Part shown: piece after piece, positions 6,857-18,800 of the stretch | Numbering within the stretch: position 1 is the stretch's first letter | How the letters are laid out: each line of letters starts with the position of its first letter | IMG/VR virus record: IMGVR_UViG_3300044631_001772 | Location: 1-64,000 of that record | Strand: one strand, 5' to 3' | DNA from: an uncultured virus (IMG/VR IMGVR_UViG_3300044631_001772) | Lineage: Duplodnaviria > Heunggongvirae > Uroviricota > Caudoviricetes | Length of the DNA stretch: 64,000 nt | Program-made: the position numbers and the translations under genes | Notes under the pieces: generated by a model | What the model was told of the DNA's origin: nothing | The model's input: only the letters and a program-made list of their open reading frames with translations | Databases searched by the model: none

Positions 6857-9800
6857 ATGATACAAACTGGTTTTGAATCTAGGGTAAAAATCCAACAGGT
6901 TATTGGTAATCAACTTCCAGAATTTATCTTAGATGAAAGTCCAAAAGCTTCTGAATTTTTAAAGCAATATTATATCTCACAAGAATATCAAGGTGGTACA
7001 GTTGATATTGCAGAAAATTTAGATCAATATTTGAAGTTAGATAATTTGATACCAGAAGTTGTTGTTGGATCAACAACTCTTGTTTCTTCAGTTGATTCTA
7101 GTGATACTGAAATTACTGTAGATAGTGTAAAAGGTTTTCCACCTACCTACGGATTGTTAAAAATTGATAATGAAATTATCACATATACTAGTATCAATGG
7201 AAACACTTTTACTGGTTGTATTCGTGGATTTAGTGGAATTACGACGTATAACGCAGGAATTACTACAAGCAATACTACAAATTATAGCGGAGATCTTCTC
7301 TTTAGCACATCAGAATCGGCGTCACACGATGCAGATAGTCCTGTAACCAATTTAAGTTCTTTATTTTTAAAAGAGTTTTATAAAAAATTAAAATATTCTC
7401 TTACCCCAGGATTAGAAAATATTGATTTTGTTTCTGATTTAAACGTTGGTAATTTTATAAAAGAAGCAAGAACTCTATACGAATCAAAAGGTACTGAAGA
7501 ATCTTTTAGAATTTTATTCAATGTTCTATTTGGTGAAACGCCAAAAATAATTAATTTAGAAAATAATTTAATTAAACCCTCATCTGCAACTTATGTTAGA
7601 AGAGAGGTCATAGTTGCTGAAAAAATTTCTGGAAACCCACTATTGCTTACTGGGCAGACTATTAAAAAAACAACTGATGAAGTAACTAGTGCTTCAGTTT
7701 CGGAAGTAGAAATAATTAGAAGAAGTGGAAAAGTATATTATAAACTTTTATTGTTTATTGGTTATGACGATGCATTCCCAACTGTTACTGGCAACTTTAA
7801 TATTACTAGCAGCACTAAGAATATAGAACCAGTTAGTGTTGGAGACTCAGTTATTACTGTCGATTCTACAATTGGGTTCCCATCTTCTGGAGTACTTTAT
7901 TCTGGTAATAATGAAATCACATATCAAAGCAAAAGTATAAACCAATTTTTTGGATGCTACGGAGTTACTGAAGAAATTGATACTGCATCCACAATTAGAT
8001 CAAATGATACTTATTATGGTTACGAAAATGGTGACACTTCAAAGAAAGTTGAACTAAGAATAACTGGCGTTCTATCAAATTTTGTACCAGTAACACAATC
8101 ATCATCAGTTGATGTTGGTGAAGAAATTTCCATCAAACATCTGGGAGAAGTTGTAGAGAATCCAATAGAGAATGCTTCCTATAAAGAAATTTTTGCAAAT
8201 AGTTGGATTTATAATACAAGTTCTCGCTATCAAATAGATAGTTTTTCTTCTGGTTTAACATCTCAAGTAGTTCTAAAGAGTGAAATTGATAAATCAAGTT
8301 TAAAAGTTGGTGATACAATTGAAATTTTAAATAGAACAACGGAAAATATAATTGCTTCCAATTTAATTGTAACCCAAATTAATGGTAAGCAAGTTACCAC
8401 AAATAATTCTTTTGAACTTAATTCATCATTTGATTATGATATAAGAAGAAAACTCAAATTTGCATCAAGTTCTATAGTTCCTTTAGAGTATGAAAATCTA
8501 ACATGTGATATTCAAAATGTATATGTTGAGAACGATAAGTTTGTATATGTTGCATCAAATTCATTGCCATCTTATGAGATAACTAAAAATATTTTTAGTT
8601 ACCAAGCTTCTTCTGTTTCTGGGCAAAATGCAGACACTGGCGATTACTCAATCATTAATTTTATTGAGAAGGTATCTTTTTACTCTGGATCTGAAATTTA
8701 TTACTCACCATCAGATTCTCCAATTTCAGGATTGGTAGAGGGTACTTACTACGTCGATGTAATTAACGATAAGCGACAAATTAGATTATATAATTCAAGA
8801 TCTTTTGTTGGTTCAAGTAACTATATTGAATTTGGAAATCTTACTTCTGGTATTCATACCTTTACATTAAACAGTCAAAAAGAAGGTGTCATTTCTACAC
8901 AAAAAATTCTTAGAAAATTTCCTTTAAGTGTTAATATTGCCGATGGCGAATCCGATCTAACACCAGTTGGTCAAGTTGGAATATTAATCAATGGTGTTGA
9001 AATTAGTGGTTATAAAACAAATGACAAAGTTTATTATGGTCCATTACAGTCAGTTAATGTATTAAATGGTGGTTCTGGATTTGATGTTATCAATCCCCCC
9101 ACAATTACACCATCATCCGGAAACGCTCTTTTACAACCTATTGTTAGAGGATCTTTCGAAAAAGTTTATGTTGATCCTCAAGATTTTGATATTGATACTT
9201 TAGTTTCAATTGCAGTCACCGGTGGAAATGGAAGAGGTGCTTCATTTGAACCTGTAATAGAGTTAAGAAATAGGGAAATTCAATTTGATGCAAGACAAAT
9301 TGAATTTGGAGGTGGTGTAGATACATCTGTAGAGACTATAACATTTTTAAGTTCTCATGGTTTAATAGATGGGCAACCAATCACATATAATCCTCAAAAC
9401 AATGCATCTCTTGGAATTGGGACTTTCAATGGTTCCAACACCAATACAGGGTTAACTCTTAAAAAAGATGCTACTTATTTTGCAAAGTATATTAGTGATA
9501 CCACTATTCAACTCTATCAACAGTTATCAGATTGTAGACTGGGGATTAATACTGTAGGTTTTACAACAATTGGAACTTCAGGGATACACAAATTTGCAAC
9601 TGAACCTAAAAAAACCTTAATTGATGTTAAAGTCATTAATCAAGGTTCTAATTATGAAAATAGAAAGTTAAGAGTTAAAACAACTGGTATATCTACAGTC
9701 AATAGCACAGTTTCATTTACAAATCATGGATTTGCTGATGGAGATGTCGTAACGTACACATACCAAACAACAGGAATCTCTGGTCTTTCGACATCTAATC

Positions 9801-12800
9801 AATATTATATTTTAAAAATTGATGATGACACATTCAGAATCGCAAATGCAGGCATCGGTGCAACGAATCCATCAAACTATCAGAGAAGAAAATTTGCAGA
9901 ATTTGAAAGCACTGGATCTGGATATCAAATTTTCAATTATCCAGAAATTTGCTTATCGGTAGAATATAGTGCTGCTGGAATTGGAAGTATCCAATCAAAG
10001 AGAACTATAGTATCTACCCCAATTGTTAGAGGTGAAATTGTTGGCGTATACGTATATGAGTCTGGATCTGATTATGGTTCATCAATTTTAAATTTACACA
10101 AAAAACCAACCATTACCATAAAGAATGGTAAAAATGCACAACTTAATCCCGTCATAGTAAATGGTGCGATACAAGATGTTAATATTCAGTATAGTGGATC
10201 TGAGTATTATTCAACTCCAGATATTAAAGTAACTGGATCTGGAACTGGTGCAGTAATTAAACCAGTAATTACAAATAATAAATTAACTGATGTAGTAATT
10301 ATAAATTCTGGTATTGGATATACTTCAACCAATACCACCCTTACCATAGAACCTGCCGGAAAGAATGCCATCTTAAGTTCACAAGTAAGGTCTATAACAG
10401 TTAATAAAAATCTTCTTTATGGGGAAGAGAATGATGCTAGAGAAATTGCTAACGAACTTCTCACATCATCATTGAGCAATTTAGAATATAGTGTTTGCGG
10501 TTACTCTGAAAATATTCAAAACGAATTTGGTGATGATGGATCTTCGCATTCACCAATTATTGGATGGGCATATGATGGCAATCCAATTTATGGTTCTTAC
10601 GGTTATTCAGATCCAGAAGATAGAAATTCCCCCATTAAAAGACTTTCTTCTGGATATTCTTTAAACACATCCAATATAGAAAACAGACCATCTTCTTTCG
10701 ATGATGGATTTTTTGTAGAGGACTATAAATTTACAAATAATGGAGATCTTGATGAATATAATGGAAGATTTTGCGTAACCCCAGAATTTTCAAATGGAGT
10801 TTATGCATACTTTGCAACTTCTGAGCAAAATCTTTTTGGTGATCTAGTCGGTCAGTTTCCTTACTTTATTGGAGAAAGATATAGATCTAAATTTATAACT
10901 GAGAATAGTTCATTAGACCAGACATTTGATTTTAATAATTCAAATCTTATTCGAAATACTTTACCATACAAAGTAAATGAAGAGTATGCTGGAAATGATT
11001 TTATTATAGAATCTAATGAGGTAATAAATCAAGTTACAGTAGTTGAATCTGTAACGACTGGTTCTGTTGAAAATTATCAAATTATAGATTCTGGAGATGA
11101 TTATAAAATTGGTGATGTTCTAGAATTTGATCAGCAAAATACCGGCGGCGCTGGTCTATCGGCACAAATTTCTGAAGTTACTGGTAAAGAAATTGTTGAT
11201 ATTAATACATCTATAACTTCGTATGATGATGCAATATTTACTTGGAATAATGGTCAAAAAATTGAGGTTACAGTTTCACCAAGACATAGTTTAGAGAATC
11301 TTGATTATGTAAATGTATCAGGATTTTCATCATCGTTAAGTTCTTTAAATGGTTTTCAGCAAATTGGTGTAACTTCATATAGTTCATCTCTCATTCAACA
11401 AATGCCTGCTTATTCTGCAGCGGGTATTGTAACTGATATTTACATTGCAAGTATTCCAGAAAACCTTTCAATTGGTAGTTCTATTGGAATTGAAGCAGAA
11501 ACACTATCAGTTTTAAATATTTTCAATAATATTATAAGAGTTCGCAGAGAAGCAACAGGGAGTGCTCACACTGCAACAACTCCAGTTTACTTTATTCCAA
11601 ATACATTCACAATTAATAAATCAGTAGATTATTTCGAATCTAAAGTCAACGACTTAGTTTACTTTAATCCAAAGTATTCTGTCGGTGTAGGTACTACATC
11701 TGGTATTGGAATTGCAGTTACATATAATGTTGGTGTTCAAACCAATAATATAATTTCAATCCCAACCCAATCAATTTACCTACCAAATCATCCATTTAAA
11801 ACAAATCAAGCAGTAATATTCTCAAATCCATCAGGAACTTCTGCTATTTCAGTAGCAAATACCTCTAGCAGTGCATCTTTCAACTTACCGTCAAGTGGAG
11901 ATACTCAAACTGTATATGTTATTAGTCAATCTGTAGATTATATTGGTATTGTAACACAAGTTGGTCTTACGACCTCAACAAAGGGTCTGTTCTTCTTGTC
12001 TAATGGTTCTAATGATTACCAGTATTCATTACAATCAAACTTTAATCAAGTTAAGGGTGATGTTGAGAAAGTTAAAGCACAAGTTTCTGTGTCAACATCA
12101 CATAATCTGACTTCTGGGGATACTATTAAACTTTTGGTCGAACCAAATCTTTCTGTTGGTATTGGAACTTCAACTGCAGTAAGAGTTAAAAGAAATGTAG
12201 TTGCAGACTGCGTGATAATTGATTCTATTGAAATTAGTTATTCTGACATTAATACAACAACTCAAGAAATTACAATACCGTCGCATAATTTTAAAACTGG
12301 TGATAGAATTGTTTATGTTGAAAATAAATCAATATCTGGTCAGAGTAATACTGTTTATTATGTTTATAAAGTAGACTCTAATAGAATAAAATTATGCGAG
12401 ACTCTAGTTGATTGTCTTTCAAATCCACCAATAACAGTTGACATTGATGCAGGAACTATTAAAACTTTTGGTAACGTTGGTATCGCCGCTGCAAAATGGT
12501 CTGGAGGTGTTTTAGCAAACAATGGTAAAATTTATGGAATTCCTTACAATTCTTCATCAATTCTTGAAATTGATCCAGTAGGTTTAACCACGAATACTTT
12601 TGGTAATGTTGGTACTGGTTCTGCAAAATGGATTGAAGGTGTTTTAGCAAATAATGGTAAAATTTATGGAATTCCTTTGAGTGCTTCTCAAGTACTTGAA
12701 ATTGACCCAGTAGGTTTAACCACGAATACTTTTGGTAATGTTGGTAGTAGTGGTTTAAAATGGAGCGGAGGTGTTTTAGCAAATAATGGTAAAATTTATG

Positions 12801-15800
12801 GAATTCCTTTTGGTGCCTCTCAAGTACTTGAAATTGACCCAGTAGGTTTAACTACAAATACTTTTGGTAATGTTGGTAGTAGTATTTTAAAATGGTTTGG
12901 TGGTGTTTTAGCAAATAATGGTAAAATTTATGGAATTCCTTATCGATCTTCAACAGTTCTTGAGATCGATCCAGTAGGTTTAACCACAAATACTTTTGGT
13001 AATGTTGGTAGTACTATCAATAAATGGTCTGGAGGTGTTTTAGCAAATAATGGTAAAATTTATGGAATTCCTTTTAATGTCTCTCAAGTACTTGAAATTG
13101 ACCCAGTAGGTTTAACTACAAATACTTTTGGTAATGTTGGTACTGGTAATAATGAATGGATTGGAGGTGTTTTAGCAAATAATGGTAAAATTTATGGAAT
13201 TCCTTACAATTCTTCATCAATTCTTGAAATTGATCCAGCGGTTGGAATAGCAATTACGTTTGGTAACGTTGGTACTGGTGTTGCAAAATGGTCTGGAGGT
13301 GTTTTAGCAAATAATGGTAAAATTTATGGAATTCCTTACAATTCTTCATCAGTTCTTGAATTTGTTACCAATCCAAATGACCCAGAAAATCTACCAGAAA
13401 TACAAAAAATTAATCCAGCAATTCAAACAATAAAAAATAATAACCTTGTATTTGATTTAAGTGATTCTTCTCTGTCTGGTTATAATTTTAAAATTTTCTA
13501 TGACCAAAATTTCAAAGATGAATTCGTATCTACAGGATCTACAAATAGTTTCTCAGTAAGTGGTGTTGGAACAGTTGGTGTTTCTACAAATGCTTCGCTT
13601 ACAATTAATTATAGTTCCGAATTACCTACTCAACTTTTCTATAATTTAGAAAAGTCTGGTTACATTAGCACTGCAGACAAAGAAGTTCAAAATTATTCTC
13701 AAATTAATTTTGTTGATAGTTATTATAATGGTTTTTATTCGATTTCTGGAGTTGGGACAACAACGTTCCAGATCTCTTTACCTAATTTACCAGAAAATCT
13801 TAACTATACCTCAAATGACTGTGATACTTTAGAATATACAACAAATTCATCAACTGCATCTGGTGGTGTTAGTAAAATTAGAACTATATCTCCTGGTGTT
13901 GGGTTTAATAAGATTCCATCATTTTCTGGAACGAATTCTACTAACGGTAAAGGTGCATACTTAATTGCTAAATCATCCTCCATTGGAAATATTAATCAAA
14001 CAAGAATTTTAAATGAAGGTTTTGAATACCCATCAGACAAAACTCTGAGACCAACTGCCAACATACCAAAACTTTTAATCATCAAAGATTCTAATACTAT
14101 TTCGAATATATCTGTATCAAATGGGGGCAAAAATTATACAACTGCTCCAGATTTAATCATTGTAAATTCTGAAACGGGTGAAAAAATCGATTCTGGATTA
14201 TTAACTGCCAACTTGTCTGGTACGGGAATTATATCGGTTAATATTGTTCAAGGTCCAAAAGGTCTTCCATCAAGACCAGTGGACATTAAAACAATTAATA
14301 ATACTAACGGCGTAGGTATTCAAACGATTACATCTTCTTCATCTGGAATTGTTACTTGCTATCTCGTAACACCTTCAAGTGGTTTTGATATTGAACCATT
14401 TACTGTTGGGGATAAAATATTTGTAGAAGGTATACAAAAATATAGTAATGATGGTGATGGGTTTAACTCGGAAAATTATGGTTATAATTTCTTTACTATT
14501 ACAGCATACGAAAATGGTGGAACATTACTTACAAGAAAACTTGAATATAATCTTTCTGGTCTTTCCACCAACGTTGGTATAGCCAAAACAGTTCAAGAAT
14601 CTTATGGTTATATTGTAAATTATAATAATTATCCAGTATTTGATGTAACACAAACATATTCACCATTTATAATAGGTGAAAATCTATCAGTTCAAAATGA
14701 AACTGGTTTTGAACTTCAAGATTTGAGAGTTATTCAGGATAATCAAAATTATATTAAAGTTTCTGGCAATTATGATATAAACACTAACGATGTTATTCGT
14801 GGTATTCAATCGGGTAATATTGCAACAATTGATGATGTAAAAATAACAACTGGATACTTTAATATTGACTATGCATCTACACAAAGAATTGGTTGGTCTG
14901 ATGATATTGGCAAACTAGATGAAGATACTCAGGTCATCCCAGATAACGACTATTACCAGACTCTATCTTATTCTGTAAAAAGTAACCAAGAATGGGTTGA
15001 CATTGTTACCCCAGTAAATAGTATCTTACATCCAAGCGGGTTTAAAAACTTTGCAGATACCACAATCGACAAAAATGTTGGTGTTGAAACTACTACTGCA
15101 AGTGAATCATTACAAATTCTTTATGATATTATTGACGAAAGGAGAGTTGATACTATCAATAATTTTGATCTTGTTACTGATGTTGACACGATTAATAATT
15201 CTTCTAGATATTTAAAATTTAAAAATAGAAAACTTGCAGATTATATCGAATGTCGCACTAATAGAGTTCTTGCAATAGATGATATTAGTGGAGAATTTTC
15301 AAGCAGTGACTCACAATCTGAGGGATTTGCAAACGTTTTAGAAATTACCCCATCCGATAAGTATAACAGATACCTAGTTCAAATTATAAGTGACGATAAT
15401 AGTCAGATTCAATTTACTGAAATTGTAGTAATTAATGATGATACTAATATTTACACTCTAGAAAAGTCAAGTATTAGCAATTTAGAAGACCAAATAGGTG
15501 ATATTGATGGTTATGTAGATGAAAATAATAATTTCTATTTAAAATTTACTCCATATGATCCATATAATATTGATTATAATATAAAAATTCTTAGTGATAA
15601 TTTCACAACATTTTTTAGTGGGATTGGAACATATTCGATAGGATTTATAGACTTGATAGGTTCTAACGCTTCAGTATCTTCTGGGATTACAACATCATTA
15701 GTTAGTAAAAATATAAGTCAATTAGAAGCAATATACTCAAATATTCATATTCTTGATACAAATACCGATGAGATGAATTATGTAGAAATTTATGTTGATC

Positions 15801-18800
15801 ATAATGGAGAAGATACCAACATAACGGAATTTTATATCGATTCTAATAGCGAACTTAGTTCCAATTTTATTGGTTCTTTTGGCGCATCAATTTCTGGTGG
15901 TATTTTGACATTAAATTATACCAATACTTCAAGTAATGATGTAATTATCAGAAGTAAGAATATTGGTTTCAATACCACTGCATCAGGTATTGGAACATAT
16001 AGATTCAAAAAAACAGGTCAGTTAGATGGTTATGAGAGAACTGTAAACTATATTGCAAATTACTCCAACGTATCATCTGCATCTACAGTTATATCTTTAA
16101 ACACGACTGAATTTACATCAGTTAAATCTACTGTAAGAGTAAGTATTGGTAATACCAGTGCCTTACATCAAGTTATGATGATTGTTAATGGTACAGAGAC
16201 TTATACAGTTCAATACCCATCTTTATCAATTGGAAGTACTTCTGGTATTGGTAGTTTTGGTGGAAGTATATCTGGATCTACTGCAAGTTTAATCTTCTAT
16301 CCAGACACTTCACTTTCTGGTACGTTTGAAATTCTTTCTTTCAATGAAAAATTTTACACGTATCTCGACAAAATTAATCAACCATCAGATTTGGAATATG
16401 CAAACATTATCGAAAGTATTCATACCGCAAATTATTACTCTGTCAATAGTGAAAATATAAACAGATTGGATTTTGAGTTAACATATCAAGGTTATCCAAT
16501 TTTTATGAAGGAATTTGACCCAACGGATAGTAGCATATTAAATCTATCTACTGGCGAATTTACAATTCCAAATCATTTCTTCAGCACTGGAGAAAGATTA
16601 ATTTATACACCAAAAACAACTTTCTTGGGTGTCGGTCAAACTTCTGTTGGTATTGGTTCAACATTAAATTCTGCAGGGATTGTGACTAATCGTTTACCAA
16701 GTGATGTATATGTTTATAAAATTAATAATGATAAGTTTAAGATATCTACAAGAAAAGACTATGCTCTTGCAGGAATATATGTGACTTTTACCTCTGTTGG
16801 AGAGGGTAACGCTCACCAACTCGAAATGTATAAGAAAAATGAAAAATCTATAATTTCTATCGATAATATCATTCAATATCCAATTGCATATTCATTAATC
16901 ACACATACATTAGATAATTATTCTTCAATTGGTTTTACAACATCAACATTTGCTTTAAGTGGTATTTCTTCAATAGCGGTAGAAGATCTACTAAAAGTTG
17001 ATGATGAATATATGAAAGTGAATAATGTTGGTTTTGGGACAACAGTTTTTGGACCAATATCATTTACTGGTTCAGTACCATTGGTTGAAGTGGAAAGAGG
17101 ATTTGTTGGGTCATCCGCAACTTCACATAATAATTTATCAACAGCAAACGTCTATAGAGGTTCATATAATATTGTTGGAAATAAAATTTTCTTCACTGCT
17201 CCCCCAACAGGAAGCAATATGGATCAAATTGGTCCTGATATTGATAATCTTCCTGAGGCAAGATCTTCATTTAATGGTAGAGTTTTTCTAAGAAAAGATT
17301 ATAGTTCTAATCAAGTCTATGATAACATTTCTGAAAAGTTTACCGGAATTGATCAAAGTTATACCCTTTCTTCACAAGGAATTAACACAGTTGGTTTAGG
17401 AACTAGTGGAGGAAGCGGCATTGTTCTTATTAATGGTATCTTCCAAACACCAACTACTCAAAATAATCTAAACAATAACTTTAGAATTCTAGAAAATACT
17501 ACTGTTGGTGTAAGTAGTATAGTATTTTCTGGTATTACGTCATCTAATGGTTCAATTATTATTTCACAGAATGATGTGAATCTAAATCAACTCCCAAGAG
17601 GCGGATTGATTGTATCTTTAGGTTCTACTTCTGGTCTAGGATATGCTCCTTTAGTTGGTTCTTCCGTAACAGCGATTATTGGTGCAGGTGGTTCTATTAC
17701 ATCTATTGGAATTGGAACTACTGGAAATTGGGGTTCTGGATATAGAAATCCAGTTTCAATTGCAATAACAGAATCTGGTCATACTGGCGCTGCAGCAACT
17801 ATTTCTGCAACTGTCGGTGCAGGAGGAACTTTGGCATTTACTGTTACTGGTGGAGGATCTGGTTATACAAATCCAACTATTATCATACCATCCCCAAATT
17901 ATGAAAATCTATCCGTTACTGGCGTTTCAAGACTTGGAATTGGTTCAACATCAAGTACTGGTGTTGGGTTATTACTAAATGTTGAAGTTGGCGAAAGTAA
18001 TCAAGAGCAATTAGAACCCATTAATTGGACTTTAAGAAGTTCTCCATATAATTCGGGTACGTTTGGCATTGATATTGGAAATACTAATTTAGTATCATAT
18101 GGAAATGGAATTTATATTGCGGCGGGTGAGATATATGACTCAAATTTACCTTTTTATGATTCATACATTACTACATCAACCGATGCAATTACTTGGGAAT
18201 TAAGAACTTCTAGCATTGGTGGTTCTACTGTTTTTGCCATTACTTATGCAAACAATGTCTATGTTGCTGGTGGTGTTAGTGGAATCTTAAATACCTCAAC
18301 AGATGCAATTACTTGGGAATTAAGAACTTCTAGCATTGGTGGTTCTACTGTTTTTGCCATTACTTATGCAAACAATGTCTATGTTGCTGGTGGTGCTAGT
18401 GGAATCTTAAATACCTCAACAGATGCAATTAGTTGGACTAGAAGAACTTCTGGTTTTGGTAATAGTTTCATTTATGCACTTACTTTCGCAAACAATACTT
18501 ATGTTGCTGGTGGGTTTGTGTCTGGTGGTAGTGGAATCTTAGGCACATCAACAGATTCTATTAATTGGACCTTAAGAACTACTAGTTTTGGCAATAACAA
18601 CCCCATTTATGCACTTACTTTTGGCAACAATGTCTATGTTGCTGGTGGTTATGGTGGAATCTTAAATACCTCAACAGATACAATCACATGGATCCCAACA
18701 CCTTCTGGTTTTGATACTGATAGTATTAAAACTCTCGCATTTGGAAACAATAGTTATGTTGCTGGTGGTAATAATGGAAAAATAGGCACTTCAGTTGATG

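Noticed and set aside
12461..13360. CRISPR-like look: a near-constant 40-nt block containing GTTTTAG at regular spacing
   Set aside because: The period is 132 nt and in frame within gp7, the intervening segments are homologous to each other, and there are no cas genes or leader.
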